A stretch of DNA of 64,000 nt from the human T2T-CHM13v2.0 reference genome, Homo sapiens. Location: the NCBI RefSeq assembly GCF_009914755.1, contig NC_060939.1; one strand, 5' to 3'. The position numbers were made by a program, and so were the translations under genes. This document shows positions 39,791 to 61,317 of this stretch, one piece after another. The notes beneath the pieces are model-generated. The model did no database searches, had not been told where the DNA came from, and was given only the letters and a program-made list of their open reading frames with translations. Positions within the stretch are counted from its first letter, which is position 1; the number at the start of each line of letters is the position of its first letter.

Positions 39791-42223
39791 TAGTCCAGGA
39801 GATCCGGGCTGGGAGAGATAGGAAGTATCGCCCGCCAACCTGGGAGGCTGGGAGGTTTTGGAGGAGGTGCAAGGGTGCGCGTCGAGCAGTTGGGGGCGAG
39901 GGCCAAGAAGATCCGGACTCTGGAAGATGGAAGTTTTTCGGACAAGGGATGTGGACAGAGGAAGGACACTCGTAAATGTTCCTAGGAGCCTCTGCCATGC
40001 TTGCCAAGGATGACTTAGCTGTGGGCACGAGTTTATTTGGCGACTAGGGTCGTTTGTGTTTGAGAAGGGCCCTTGTTGAGGTGTCAGACCCAAAAAAACA
40101 CTCTTGGGTGGAGGAAAGAGGGCAGATACTGGAAGAAATAGAGAACTATGTAGGGCGACATGGAGGGACTGTGCATAGCCCAGGCCTCCTCTTGGCCCTT
40201 TCACGCAGCATCCCAGAATTCTTTCTTACTTGAAGACTGCAGGAAGCACTGAAAGTAACTTTTGGCCTCAGTGTCTTGGGGTTGAACTGTTTATATACTC
40301 TAGAAAACATTGTAGGGAGGAATCTGCTCTTTGTAGCAGTGCTCTAGTGATACCAGGCGATACAAAGATGGTCTCCTTTCTGTTTAATGAGCAAATGATG
40401 TAAAGAAAGAATATGCAAGAGATAGTAGCTTTTGAGTAGAAAGAGTATTGAACTTGGAGTCTGAAAATTTGAATTCTAGGCTGGGCTTATGCTATTTTCT
40501 AGCTATATATCTTTGGTCTTAAATGTAAAATGAAAATGTAACATCAGCCTTGTGTATCTAATTGGTTTATTGTAAAGATCAAGTGTTTGTAAAAATTGAT
40601 GGCAGTGCAAGCATTTGCTAATTGTAAAGTTTTTCTATGAATGGCTTCTTGGGGGTCTTTTATATGAAGCCAGAGGTCTCAGTTTGAAAGTATTAGGGGC
40701 TGGGCGCGGTGGCTCACGCCTGTAGTCCCAGCACTTTGGGAGGCCAAGGCTCATCTGAGGTCGGGAGTTCGAGACCAGCCTGACCAACATGGAGAAACCC
40801 CATCTCTACTAAAAATACAAAATTAGCGGGGCGTGGTGGCACATGCCTGTAATCCCAGCTACTCGGGAGGCTGAGGCAGGAGAATTCTTGAACCCGGGAG
40901 GCGGAGGTTGCAGTGAGCCTGGGCAACAAGAGCGAAACTCCATCACAAAAAAAAAAAAAAAAAAGAAAAGAAAGAAAAAGAAAGTATTAAGGCATAAAAG
41001 GGGAGGACTTTTTATTTATTTATTTATTTTTTTTTGAGACGGAGTCTCGCACTGTCGCCCAGGCTGGAGTGCAGTGGTGCGATCTTGGCTTCACTGCAAG
41101 CTCCGCCAAGGGGAGGACTTTTAAGAAGAAAAGGATTGAGGAGGTGCTGTAGAAAGAAGACTGCTTTGAAAATGGTGGTAGGGAGATGGAGAAGTAATGG
41201 GGCCTGTGTAAGACTATCTAAGGAATAGAAACTTTGTTTTGGGGTAGGAATTGAAAATGTTCTCATTGAAAGGCTCCTGAAGTTTACAAAAATATCAAAA
41301 GTATAATTTCGACTGTAAAAGTTTGATTGGTAGATAATTTTAGACTGGCAATTAGAAGGAGTAGAATCTATTTTTTTCTGTCTTTTCATCTACAAATGTG
41401 AATGTTTCAGACAATAACAACATTGGCTACCATTTATATAGTGCCTAGAGTAGGCACTTTAATTGTTTTGTTTAGATTTTCAAGTTTTCACATTATGGTA
41501 AATTTGGAATTATTTCCTCTACTTTACATAAAGAAAATGGAGGTTGAAAAAGTTAAATAACTCACAACTAGTAAGTGGTAGCATTGGGATTTGAACCCAG
41601 ATCTGCATGAGTACAAAGCCTATACTGTTTCCACTATACCAACTCAATCTGTTAGTTTTAAATTTTTTTCATACTGCAAAATGATAATGTTTCACAGTCA
41701 TTTTTCATGGTGCTAGAGTTCGTGTTTATAAAGTACACTGGATAGTTTAGAGGAAATTGGTACATACATTAAAAGGATTATTTGGGGGGATTTCTTGGTA
41801 AAGCACTCTCAAGACATCTGTTCAAGTGATGAATGAACTGAACTGCAAATTATTGTCCTTAGTAGTTTCCCACAGAATTCTGATGAATAAAATAAGTTGA
41901 GTGCTTCTTTTCGTGGTAGAGATATTTCACCTGATCCACAAAAAGCTTTTTCAAAGTGGGAACTGCAGAGAATTGCCACTTTATTTATTTATTTATTTTT
42001 GAGACGGAGTCTTGTTCTGTTGCCTGGGCTGGAGTTCAGTGGCACAATCTCAACTCACTGCAACCTCCGCCCACTGGGTTCAAGCGATTCTCCTGCTTCA
42101 GCCTCCCGTGTAGCTGGGACTACAGGTGCCTGTCACCACACCTGGCTAATTTTTTGTATTTTTAGTGGAGACAGGGTTTCTCCATGTTGGCCAGGCTGGT
42201 TTCGAACTCCTGACCTCAAGTGA

Positions 42224-42322
<99 letters not shown>

Positions 42323-42889
42323 TAAAAGGAAATTAACATAAAATGTGTAATACCTAATACATTTTAACAACAAATTTAACTTCCTCCCCTTCAGCTTCTT
42401 ATTTGCATTCTTGTTATCAGATGGGAACTAGATCAAAATTCCCTTTCCCTGCACATCCTAACAGGGGTATTGATGCCTTCAGTTTGTCTGTTCAGCACTA
42501 TGCCAGACTCTCAGAATAATCAAAGAGGAAGATCTCTGCCCTCTAGACATTTTCACGAAAGACCTTTAGCACAAGTTCACTGTCAGTGCTGCTTGGGGGT
42601 CTTTAGGAATCCTAATGCATTCTGGATCTTTCCTGCCCCAAATACCTTGTGCTGCTCCATCTGGTTCTGAGTCTTCACTGGGGGTATAACATTAGACTTG
42701 CTGTCTAGCGTATGGTACTTGTGGAAGGAACAAACCATGACAGATCACTGAGTATCTAGTGTGGATTGGAACGCAGTTCGTAAGGAGGCCTTTTGTCCCT
42801 GGGTTTTTCAGATGGGAATCTGAGCCATTATGTCAAAAATTTTACCTCCAATTTATTCCTTACTGAAGGTGAGATATATGGGCCTTCTA

Positions 42890-43100
42890 GGCTGGTTTTT
42901 CCTGGTGGTAGGGGCAGACCTCTGTGTCAGAAGCCACCTGGGTTGCTTATTTAAAATGTAGGTTGGGACTTAGAGGGTGCAGCAGTTCCCATCCTAGACC
43001 TACTGAATCAGACTCTCAGGGGATAGAGGTCTGGACTCTGCATTTGTAACAGGTATAGCTCAAGTAATTATGATTTATGTTAGTGATTAAGATCACTGCC
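42890..43100. mobile_element. MER5-like DNA transposon relic
   Basis: 'catcctagacctactgaatcagactctcagggg...ctctgcatttgtaacagg' matches the MER5 core. Confidence 0.65.
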
Positions 43101-43270
43101 TATATGCAGGTTAATCTTTTTAGTAACACACTATAAGTATTTAGAAGAGAAATAGCTTCCTGTGTCTGCCATAGTACTTCCAAATTAAGCGTACATGTAT
43201 AGGCTGGGCATGGTGGCTCATGCCCTGTAATCTCAGCACTTTGGGAGGCCAAAGTGGGAGGAACACTTGA

Positions 43271-43402
<132 letters not shown>

Positions 43403-43512
43403 TGAGGTTGGGAGTTTGAGACCAGCCTGACCAACATGGAGAAACCTCGTCTCTACTAAAAATACAAAATTAGCCAGGCATGGTGGTGCTTGCCTGTAAT
43501 CCCAGTTACTCA

Positions 43513-43617
<105 letters not shown>

Positions 43618-45637
43618 TTAAAAAAAAAAAAAAAAGAATTTAAAAATTAGCTGGGCATGGTGGCGTGCCTCTAGTCTCAGCTACTTGGGAGTCTGGGGTG
43701 GGAGGATTGCTTGAGCCTGGGAGGTTGAAGTTGCAGTTACTTGTGGTCCCACCGTTTCTCTTCAGCCCAGGTAACAGAGTGAGACCCTGTCCCAAAGAAA
43801 AAAAAAAAAAAGGCACTTGTATAACTAAAAGAACTTGACAGGGAGGTTTTAAGATGGCAAAACTACTGGTTCTTTTTTTTTTTTTTTTTAGGCAGGGTTT
43901 CACTCCTGTCACCCAGGCTGGAGTGCAGTGGCACAATTACAGCTCACGGCTGTAGTGTTGACCTCCCTAGCTCAGTGATCCTTCCCCCTCAGCCTCTCAA
44001 GTAGCTGGGACTACAGGTGTGCACCACCACACCCAGCTAATTTTTAAAATCATTTGTAGAGATGGGGGTCCCACTACATTGCCTAGGCTAGTCTGAAACT
44101 CCTGGGCTTGGGTGATTCTCAGGCTTTGGCCTCCCAAAGTGCTGGAATTACAGGTGTGAGCTGCCACACCAGGCCTTATTTATTTATTTGTTTGTTTGTT
44201 TATTTATTTATTTTTGAGATGGAGTCTCACTCTATCGCCCAGACTGGAGTACAATAGCACGATCTCGACTCACTGCACCTTCCACCTCCTGGGTTCAAGC
44301 AATTCTCCTGCCTCAGCCTCCTGGGTAGCTGAGATTACAGGCGCCTGCCACCACACCTGGCTAATTTTTTGTATTTTCAGTAGAGACGCTATGTTGGCCA
44401 GACTGGTCTCTAACTCCTGGCCTCAGGTGATCCAGCACCTGGCCTTATTTTAACCTTTGAAAGTTTTTAAAACTAAGACCTAGTTTGAGAGTTTGAAAGC
44501 TTTTCTTTTAGCATTTGACCTGATAGTGACTCTGTCCTTATTTTGACCACACCCTTTCTTCAACATTTTTAAATTTCAAGATACTTGCTGTTGGTGCCTA
44601 TTGGGAAATAATAATTTGAGGCAAACCTCTGGGCTCTATGTCATCTCCCTTTATGGAATAATATTTATGCAGTAAGTCCTATAAAATGAAAAGCATTCAA
44701 GATAATAAAGGAACCAGAGTTCTCAATTCAAATCAGTACAACTCCGTATTTATAAAAATTTTACTCTACCTTTCTAAAAAACTAAAAATTGAGCTATGTG
44801 CACACTGGGATGCTTTATTTTATAGGTTTCTTATTTAAAATGGAGATTATATTGTCATGTCCTGTTTTTCTCTGTTTATCTAACTTGAAGTAGCAATAAT
44901 TAAATTTGTCTTTGAGAGAATAGGCCCCCCTAAGTATTTTCTTTTTTCTTTTTTTTGAGACGGAGTCTCGCTCTGTCACCCAGGCTGGAGTGCAGTGGCG
45001 CGATCTTGGCTCCTGCAGCCTCCGCCTCCCGGGTTCAAACAATTCTCTGCCTCAGCCTTCCGAGTAGCTTGGATTACAGGCGCACGCCACCACGTCCAGC
45101 TAATTTTTGTATTTTTAGTAGAGACGGGGTTTCACCATCTTGGCCAGGCTGGTCTTGAACTCCTGACCTCGTGATCCACCCTCCTCGGCCTCCCAAAGTG
45201 TTGGGATTACAGGCGTGAACCACCGTGCCCGGCCAGCCCTGTAAGTATTTTCTAGGAGCTGTTTTTAGATACTACATGTAAAGAATATTATTATTATAAA
45301 GTATACTTCTATAAACCTTCCCCATAAATCTTGAGAAATTTAAAAGTTGTGCTTCTTGTTAATGTAGTGTTTTCCGCATTAATCAGAGGCAAATTTTGAA
45401 GTGTAGGAAGAGTTTGTGAGAAGTGTCAGTGTTAATTTGTGAAAACTTTAATTTGTGTCATGTTGCATCTAGCTTGATGTAATTCGCTTGTTAATTTCAC
45501 TCTTTTCAAAGAGTGAGTCCCATGGGAGCTCCCTCCCCACCCAGCCCCCACCCAAGATGGAGTCTTGCTCTGTCACCCAGGCTGGAGAGCAATGGCACGC
45601 TGGGCTCACTGTAGCCTCCGCCTCTAGGTTCAAGTGA

Positions 45638-45841
<204 letters not shown>

Positions 45842-45859
45842 TAACAGTGAGGCTTTTAG

Positions 45860-46216
<357 letters not shown>

Positions 46217-47490
46217 TGATTGTTCATCGTTCAACAGATGTATTAGACAGCGTTAGACACTAGAGCTATTGGGTGAACAAAATGGAAGCAGTTTCCACCT
46301 TCAAGGAGTGTAAAGTGGAATGAGAGAGAGATGAGGTGGGGAGATTGCTCAGAGAGAGTAATTTCCTTACAATTGCACTACAGGCCATGAAGCAAGGACA
46401 AGAATACTGTGGAAATATTAACCAGGGACCCTATTCTAGCCTGATGAGAGTGACATTGAAACAGACCTGGAATATGTGTTAAGGAGAAGCAGATTAGAAG
46501 ACTGAAGAGTAAAGGGAAGAGTGTTGAATGTTCATGGTTGAGGCACCAGCATATATAAAAGAAATGAGGCAGGAAGGACCTCGAACCCTTATGAAACTGA
46601 AAGAAGCACAGAGTGAGTAACATAAACTAGTTGCATAGTTGGAGAGAGAATAGTACAAATGAAACTGTAGAGGTAGATTCTGTTTTGACCCTTTGAGGAT
46701 GGAGAAGTCAGTTTACGGACTACACTCAGCAGTAAAAATAAAATTGAATTGATAGAAAACATCAAATGTGTCATACATAGTAAATATAAGTGATGAAATT
46801 TGTGTGTCTCATATGTACATGTAGATGTATACTGGGTTGTGAGGTATAATTTATCTTCCTGTGGGCTGCGTTAAAAAGAGAAAAGTTTTTTGGCCAGGCG
46901 CAGTGGCTCACGCCTTTAATCCCAGCACTTTGGGAGGCCGAGGTGGGTGGATCATATGAGGCCAGGAGTTCGACCAGGCGGGCCAACATGGCGAAACCCC
47001 ATCTCTAGTAAAAATACAAAAATTAGCCAAGTGCGGTGGCACACACCTGTAGTCCCAGCCACTGGTGAGGCTGAGGCATGAGAATCCCTTGAACCTAGGA
47101 GGCGGAGGTTGCAGTGAGCCGAGATCACCACTGTATTAGCCTGGGTGACAGAGAGACTCCGTCTAAAAAAAACAAAAGAAAAAAAGAAAAAAATTTAAAG
47201 CCACTGGAGGGCGTCAGCCTCCCCGGTGGCTGGGACTGCAAGTGTGTGCCACCACACTTGGCTAATTTTTGTTTTTTATTTTTGAGACGGAGTCTCGCTC
47301 TTTTGCCCAGGCCGGACTGCAGTGGCGCTGTCTCTGCCACTGCAAGCTTCGCCTCCCGGGTTCATACCATTCTCCTGCCTCAGCCTCCCGAGTAGCTGGG
47401 ACTATAGGCGCCTGCCACTGTGTCCGGCTAATTTTTTTTTTGTATTTTTAGTAGGCACGGGTTTCACCATGTTAGCCAGGATGGTCTTGA

Positions 47491-47733
<243 letters not shown>

Positions 47734-48462
47734 TGAGAGATGATGGAGAACATAAGTTCCATTAGAATGGAAGCGCCAGGAGGGTAACCGTATGTGTTCA
47801 CTATGCTGTCCCTGGCATCTAGAGCAGTGCCTATATGCAGTTGGCACCCAGTCAGTATTTATTAAATGAAGGACTGACTTGGATTGATATGGTTGTTATA
47901 GAGATGACAGATAGTGGAATTGGTTGGACATGATGTTCAGTATGTAGAACTAAAAGGCCTTGAAGACTGAGGACTGATTAGATGTTAGGATGAGAAGAGG
48001 AGTATTTAGGATTGATGCCAGGCACTGGCATGAGATGGGGAGTGCTGGAGGAGCAGGTTTAGAGGTGAAGATCCTGCATTCAGTCTGGGATATGTGGAGT
48101 TCGAAGTGACTATGAGATGTCTAAGTGGAGACATCAAGTAGGTAGTTGAAAATAACACTTGAGGGCCAGGCACAATGGCTCATGCCTGTAATCCCAGCAC
48201 TTTGGGAGGCTGAGGTGGGAGGATTGCTTGAGCTCAGGAGTTTGAGATCAGCCTAGGCAACATGATGATGAAACCTGATCTCTACAAAAAAAAAAAATTT
48301 TTTTTGGAGGTGGAGTCTCGCTCTGTTGCCTAGGCTGGAGTGCAGTGACACCATCTTGGCTCACTGCAACCTCCGCCCTGGGTTCAAGCGATTCTCGTGC
48401 CTCAGCCTCCTGAGTAGCTGGGATTACAGGCACATGCCACCATGCCCAGCTAATTTTTTTGA

Positions 48463-48648
<186 letters not shown>

Positions 48649-48847
48649 TAGTAGAGACAGGGTTTCACCATATTGGCCAGGCTGATCTCGAACTCCAGAC
48701 GTCATGATCTGCCCACCTCGGCTTCCCGAACTGCTAGGATTACAAGCGTGAGCCACTGTGCCTGGCCATTTTTTTGTATTTTTAGTAGAGATGGGGTTTT
48801 TCCATGTTGGCCAGGCTGGTCTCGAACTCCTGACCTCAGGTGATCCA

Positions 48848-48883
48848 CCCCGCCCCCCCCCCCCCGCCCCCCCCCCCCCCGCC
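48848..48883. repeat. Poly(C)/(G) tract, C4-G-C13-G-C14-G-CC, inside an Alu
   Basis: Read directly. It replaces the Alu motif ccacccgcctcggcc. Confidence 0.9.
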
Positions 48884-48915
48884 GGCCTCCTGAAGTGTTG
48901 GGATTACAGGCGTGA

Positions 48916-49239
<324 letters not shown>

Positions 49240-49286
49240 TGATCCACCCACCTTGGCCTCCCAAAGTGCTGGGACTACAGGCATGA

Positions 49287-49493
<207 letters not shown>

Positions 49494-49913
49494 TAGTAGA
49501 GACGGGGTTTCACCGTGTTAGCCAGGATGGTCTGGATCTCCTGACCTCGTGATCCACCCACCCTGGCCTCCCAAAGTGCTGGGATTACAGGCGTGAGCCA
49601 CTGCGCCCGGCCCTACAAAATTTTTAAAAAATTAGCTGAGTGTGGTGGCATGCGCCTGTGGTCCCAGCTATTCATTCAAAATAAAAGCTACATAAGCTGG
49701 GTGTAGTGGTGTGTGCCTGTAGTCCCAGCTACCCAGGAGGCTGAGATAGGAGGATCACCTGAGCTTAGGAGGTTGAGGCTGCAGAGAGCCATGATCACAC
49801 AACTGCACTCCAGCCTGGGTGACAGTGAGACCCTGACTCAAATAATAATAACAGTAATAATAATTATGCCGATGCTCGCCTGACAGAGTAGGCACTTAAT
49901 AAATTTTTGTTGA

Positions 49914-50156
<243 letters not shown>

Positions 50157-50352
50157 TAGGCTGGTCTTGATCTCCTGACCTCAGGTGATCTGCCTGGCTT
50201 GGCCTCCCAAAGTGCTGGGATTACAGGCATGAGCCACCATGCCTGGCCGCCTTCTTTTTTTTTTAATTTTATTTTTAGAGCTGGGGTCTCACTGTGTCAC
50301 CCAAGCTACATGGTGGGACATTTTCTAACTTGGTTACATTGAGATTACTTGA

Positions 50353-50610
<258 letters not shown>

Positions 50611-52383
50611 TAGTAGAGACGGGGTTTCACTGTGTTAGCCAGGATGGTCTCGATCTCCTGACCTTGTGATCCGCCCACCTCAGCCTCCCAAAGTGCTGGG
50701 ATTACAAGTGTGAGCTACCGTGTCCGGCCCCCTACTCCTTTTTTTTTTTTTGAAGACAGGGTCTCACTCTGTTACCCAAGCTGAAGTGCAGTGACGTGGT
50801 CATGGATCACTCTAGCTTTGACCTCCTGGCTTCAAGTGATCCTCCCTCCTCTGCCTCTGGAGTAGCTGGGATCACAGGTGTGTGCCACCATGCCCAGCTA
50901 ATTTATTTATTTATTTTGAGACAGAGTCTTGCTCTGTTGCCCAGGCTGGAGTGCAGTGGTGTGATCTCAGCTCACTGCAACCTCTCTGCCTCCTGGGCCC
51001 AACCAGTTCTCCCACAGCCTCCTGTGTAGCTGGGATTACAAGCATATGCCACCACATCTGCCTACTTTTTGTATTTTTAGTAGAGACGGGGTTTCGTCAT
51101 GTTGGCCAGGCTGGTCTCAAACTCCTGACCTCAAGTAATCTGCCCATCTTGGCCTCCCAAAGTGCTGGGATTACAGGCGTGAGCCACCACTCCTGGCCAC
51201 AGCGAATTGATTTTTAATTTTTTGTAGAGACAGGGTCTCCCTGTGTTGCCCATGCTGGTCTCAAATTCCTGGGCTCAAGGGATCCTTCCTCCTACCTTGG
51301 CCTCCCAAAGTACTGGGATTACAGGCCACCTGTAAGCCACCTGTGAGCCACCACGCCCAGCCAATATTCACTGTTTAAATCAACCAACAGTTTTGCTATG
51401 AAAGGGACACTAGGAAGTAACTTCTCGGATTTAAAGCTCTGCGAATTACTCTTTTTTCCTCGTCATCTCGTAGATCCTTCCACTTCTCTCTGTCCCTGTG
51501 GCTACTTGTTTAATGCGACTGCTGTGGGTTCCTTCTGAGTCCTCTCTGTACTTCCACCCTGGCCCCTCTAGTCTGTTCATCTACCAGTTGTAGTGCTCTT
51601 TTTTTTTTTTTCTCTCTCTCTCTCTTTCCAGGAGTGCTCTTTTAAAACCCTTGCTGGATTGGGTTACTCCCCTGCTTCAAACCATTTGATGGCTTCCCAC
51701 TGCCTAACTTCCATGCTCCTCACCCTGTTTTATAAAGCTCAGAAAGATATGTTTTCTTCTTACCACTAACCCACCGCATTCAATTCTCCTGCTTGCCTGC
51801 TAAACTTTAGTCACAGTTTCTCTTTCAGTTCTTTGACTAAGCCAAGCTGTTATCAGCTTCAGGGCCTTAGCTGTTCCATCTGAAGGCCTCTGTCCAGAAA
51901 ACTGTACCATCTTTTCCTCTCGTGAAGTTTCTAGTCTCAGCCTCAGTGCCTCAGAGAAGCCTCTCTAACCACCCTACTGCAGATAGCCCCTGCACTCATT
52001 TGATTCACTTCCTTCTTAACACTTACCATTAGATGGAATTCATTGTTTCTTTACTTGTTCATTGTTTGTCTCCCATACTTGATTTTAAATTCCATGAGGT
52101 CAAGGACCATGTATCTTTTCCTTATTTTTTCTTTGTTTTTAATTTAATTTAATTTATTTTATTTTTTCTTTTCTTTTTTTTTTTTTTGAGACAGAGTCTT
52201 GCTCTATTGCCCAGGCTGGAATGCAGTGGCACGATATCAGCTCACTGCCATCCCTACCTCCTGGGTTCACGCAGTTCTCCTGCCTCAGCTTCGTGAGTAG
52301 CTGGGATTACAGGTGCATGCCACCATGTCTGGCTAATTTTTTTTTTTTTTTTTTTTTTGAGACAGAGTCTCGCTGCCCCCTAG

Positions 52384-52602
<219 letters not shown>

Positions 52603-52700
52603 TAAGAATGTAAAGGACTGGCTGGGCATCGTGGCTCACACCTGTAATCCTAGCACTTTGGGAGGGTGAGGCAGGTAGATTGCCTGAGCTCAGAGGTTCA

Positions 52701-52895
<195 letters not shown>

Positions 52896-53349
52896 TCATC
52901 TCCAAAAACAAACAAAAAGAATATAAAGGACTGAGCTAAAAAGTAATCTTGCTGTGAGTTTTCCCAGTAACTTCCTATACAATCCTCAAGTTGTGGGAAG
53001 TGCATCTTGTATCTTTCACACTGTTAAGAGAGTCTTTGCTGTCTCCATACTATTGTGGGTTTTCTTTTCTTTTTTTTGTATTGAGACAGAGTCTTGCACT
53101 GTCGCCCGGGCTGGAGTGCAGTGGTGTGATCTCGGCTCACTGCAACCTCCACCTCCTAGGTTCAAGCGATTCTCCTTGCCTCAGACTCCCAAGTAGCTGG
53201 GATTACAGGCGCCTGCCACCATGCCCAGCTAATTTTTTTGTATTTTTAGTAGAGACGGGGTTTCATCATGTTGGCCAGGCTGGTCTTGAACTCCTGACCT
53301 CGTGATCTGCCCACCTTGGCCTCCCAAAGTGCTGGGATTACAGTCGTGA

Positions 53350-53613
<264 letters not shown>

Positions 53614-53826
53614 TGATCCACCTGCCTCGGCCTCCCAAAGTGCTGGGATTACAGGCGTGAACCACCGCGCCCGACTGGGTTTTTCTTTTTAAGGCAGTGT
53701 CTTGCTCTATTTCCCAGGCTGGAGTGAAGTGGTTCACTGCACTCTCAACCACCCAGACTCAAAACAATTCTGCCTCAGCCTCTTGAGTAGCTGAGACTAT
53801 AGGCATGTGCCACCACACCTGGCTGA

Positions 53827-53979
<153 letters not shown>

Positions 53980-54675
53980 TGAGACGCAGTCTCCCTCTGT
54001 TGCTCAGGCCAGAGTGCAGTGGCACGATCTTGGCCCACTGCAACCTTCACCTGCCAGGTTGAAGTGATTCTCCTGCCTCAGCCTCCCGAGTAGCTAGACT
54101 ACAGGTGCACGCCCCCATGCCTGGCTAATTTTTTGTATTTTTAGTAGAGACGTGGTTTCACCATGCTGGCCAGGATGGTGTTGAACTCCTGACCTTGTGA
54201 TCCGCCCACCTCGGCCTTCCAAAATGCTGGGATTACAGGCATGAGCCACTGTGCCTGGCCATACTATTGTTAATATGGTATTTAATGTAGTAGAAGAGGG
54301 ATTGTACTTATCAGATGCAGTTGTTTGTTGATGAAGGAGAGCTGTTTGTTAGGTTTTCTTTTTTTTTTTTTTTGAGATGGAGTCTTGCTCTGTCACTCAG
54401 TCTGGATGGAGTGCAGTGGCACAATCTCGGCCCACTGCAAGTTCCGCCTCCCGGGTTCACGCCATTCTCCCACCTCAGCCTCCGGAGTACCTGGGACTAC
54501 AGGCGCTCGCCACCACGCCTGGCTAATTTTTTGTATTTTTAGTAGAGACAGGGTTTCACTGTGTTAGCCAGGTTGGTCTTGATCTCCTGACCTCGTGATC
54601 CACCCACCTCAGCCTCCCAAAGTGCTGGGATTACAGGCGTGAGCCACTGCGCCCGGCCTAGGTTTTCAGTATGTA

Positions 54676-55525
<850 letters not shown>

Positions 55526-55942
55526 TCACTCTGTTGCCCAGGCTGGAGTGCACTGGCATGATCTTTGCTCACCGCAACCCCCACCTCCCAGACTCAAGTG
55601 ATTCTCCCACCTCAGCCTCCTGAGCAGCTAGGACTACAGGCGTGCGCCACCATGCCCAGCTGATTTTTGTATTTTTAGCAAAGATCAGGTTTCACCATGT
55701 TGGCCAGGCACACCTCAAGTGATATACCTGCCTCAGCCTCCCAAAGTAGTGGTATTACAAACGTGAGCCACTGCACCCAGCCCAGAAGTCTTTAAAGCTT
55801 ATAAATTTACATTAAAGTAATATGGGAAAAAAGGTAATGGTAAAGACCATAAACGTATTACTATATAACCCAGCAATCCCAGTCCTAGGTATTTACTCAA
55901 AGTGAAGTAAAAACTAATGTTTACATAGAAGACTATACATGA

Positions 55943-56185
<243 letters not shown>

Positions 56186-56444
56186 TAGTAGAGATGCGGT
56201 TTCTCCATGTTGGTCAGGCTGGTCTCGAACTCCCAACCTCAGGTGATCCGCCACCTTGGCCTCCCCAAAGTGCTGGAATTACAGGCGTGAGCCACCACGC
56301 CTGGCCTTTTTTTTTTTTTTTTTTAAGTAAAGATGAGGTCATGCTATGTTGCCAAGCTGGTCTCAAACTTTTGGGCTCAAGCGGTCCTCCCACCTTGGCT
56401 TCCCAAAGTGCTGGGATTATAGGCGTGAACCACTGCACCTAGCA

Positions 56445-57521
<1,077 letters not shown>

Positions 57522-58619
57522 GTTTGGGTTTTTTGTTTTGTTTTTTTTTTTATAGAGACTGGGTCTCTACAAGCAAGCCTCCTACCTTGGCCTCCCAAAG
57601 TGTTGGGATTACAGGTGTAGACCACCGTGCCCAGTTTACCTCAGGTTTTAAAACGACTGTAAACACACAAGTGTTGATATAATTTGCATTTGGTCCATAG
57701 AGTTAACATTTTGGTATGAAAAAGCAGAGTATGATTTCAGTCTTTCAGGAAGTTGGTATGTTAACTCTGTCTAGTGAAATGACAAGAGTTAACATTTTAT
57801 GAGTGTTTATCAACAAGAGAGTCAGTTGTTTAATCTGAGAAGGTCATTTCTCATTTTAGCCAAGGAGGGAGGATATACTCCTAAAATAGAGACTGGAAGA
57901 ATAAAACAGATACTTTGTAGCAGTCTATTATTTTACAGTCTGTCTTGGCACTTGATCCATAATTGTATAGCACCATCATCGTTAAGGAATATTACTACTA
58001 GTGTTTATTAGCTGTATCTTCTCTCTTTTGGCAGAAGGGAAAAATGTTTCAGACTAGTAAGCCATGACTCAGTTAGGAGCCAGGATTCTGTCTGCCGAGG
58101 TTTGAATCCTGGCTCTATCATGTACCAGCTGTGTTACTAGGTAAGTTACACAGCTTGGGTAAGTTACTTAAACTCCTTAGTTTCTTGGCCTGGTGTGGTG
58201 GTTCACACCTGTAATCCCAGCACTTTGGGAGGCCAAGGCGAGTGAATCACCTGAGGTCAGTAGTTCAAGACCAGCCTGGGCAGCATGACAAAACCCCATT
58301 TCTACTAAAAGTACAAAAATTAGCCAGGCATGGCTGGGTGCAGTGGCTCACGCCTGTAATCCTAGCACTCTGGGAGGCCAAAGCAGGCGGATCACGAGGT
58401 CAGGAGATTGAGACCATCCTGGCTAACACAGTGAAATCCCGTCTCTACTAAAAAAAAAAAAAAAAAAAAAAATTAGCTGGGCTTGGCTGGCACCGGTAGT
58501 CCCAGCTACTCAGGAGGCTGAGGCAGGAGAATGGTGTGAACCCGGGAGGCCGATCTTGCAGTGAGCCAAGATTGTGCCACTGCACTCTAGCCTGGGTGAC
58601 AGAGCGAGACTCCGTCTCA

Positions 58620-58984
<365 letters not shown>

Positions 58985-59031
58985 TCACGCCTGTAATCCC
59001 AGCACTTTGGGAGGTCGAGTTGGGCGGATTA

Positions 59032-59339
<308 letters not shown>

Positions 59340-60482
59340 TTAAATATCAGATGTTTAGAAAAGTACCTTGCATTGGGCCGGGTGTGGGGGCTCACATCTG
59401 TAATCCCAGCACTTTGGGATGCCAAGGCGGGCGGATCACGAGGTCAGGAGATCGAGAGCATCCTGGCTAATGTGGTCAAACCCCCTCTCTACTAAAAATA
59501 CAAAAAAAAAAAATTAGCCGGGCGTGGTGGTGGGCGCCTGACAGCTACTCGGGAGGCTGAGGCAGGAGAATGGTGTGAACCCGGGAGGCAGAGCTTGTAG
59601 TAAGCCGAGGTCGCACCACTGTACTCCAGCCTGGGTGACACAGCGAGACTCTGTCTCAAAAAAAAAGAAAAAAGAAAAGTATCTGGCATCTAGTGAGTAC
59701 AGTATAATTGTGGACTGGTATTGGTATTAGCAGAAAGCAGAGCAAGTAACCTTTTGTTGCGTTTTTGAGTGACTGGACTGAGTTGAGGAGACTTCAAGTG
59801 AGAAGGGAACCATGTGACAGAGCAAATCTTGGTTGTAGTCATGGCTTACTTACTGGTACTTCCTTCTTACTGTCATTTCGCTTAAATGACCAGGACAAGG
59901 CAGAGGTGGTGAATTGGGAGAATAGGGCTTGTGAAATTAGGATTCTGGTGTAGTGGCCAGCACACTTACTGCTTGTTGTCACAGACTGGATTAAACACTG
60001 GACACTTTTTTTCTGGTTTAAGTATTCAAAATATAAAATGACCTCAGAAATTACAGTTTGTAAGCTTATTCAAAACTGCCCCACAAATGCCAATTTTACC
60101 ATTAAAATACTAAACCGGATAAAACAGTGACTAGGTTACCTTTGTAAACATGTTTCTTACCAGTCCCAGAGAATCAGTGCTTCTGTTGTTTAGGGTAGAA
60201 TCAGGAACAGTTTGGGGATAGCCTCCAGTTTGGTTCCATTTCCTGTCCAACTTCAGACATATATTATCCATTGAAAAGGTGGGGCAGATTTTCTAAACAT
60301 TTCTTCAGCATCTTGGAATCCTAGCAGTCAGTCTGTTCATGCTGATAGAAGTCCCTGTGACAATGTCCTTTAGTTGAAAACACAAAAATATAAAAAAGAT
60401 CTAGAGAGGGTGGGCATTTTATTATTCTTGGATATTCTTTCTCTGTTGAACAAAACTGATGTGCCTATTTTTGTCCCATTAG

Positions 60483-60626
<144 letters not shown>

Positions 60627-60697
60627 TAGATAGTTGAGGCTCCTCGCTTTGGTGGCTCCTGTTGGCCTCATTTCCTTAAATGGAGACTTACAGCCTA

Positions 60698-61087
<390 letters not shown>

Positions 61088-61176
61088 CTAGTGGGTCCCT
61101 CTGCAGGACATGCGTAGTCATTCTGTAGCTTTTTTTTTTTTTTTCAGCCTTATTGCAGAAGTGGTACAGTCAGTAA

Positions 61177-61317
<141 letters not shown>
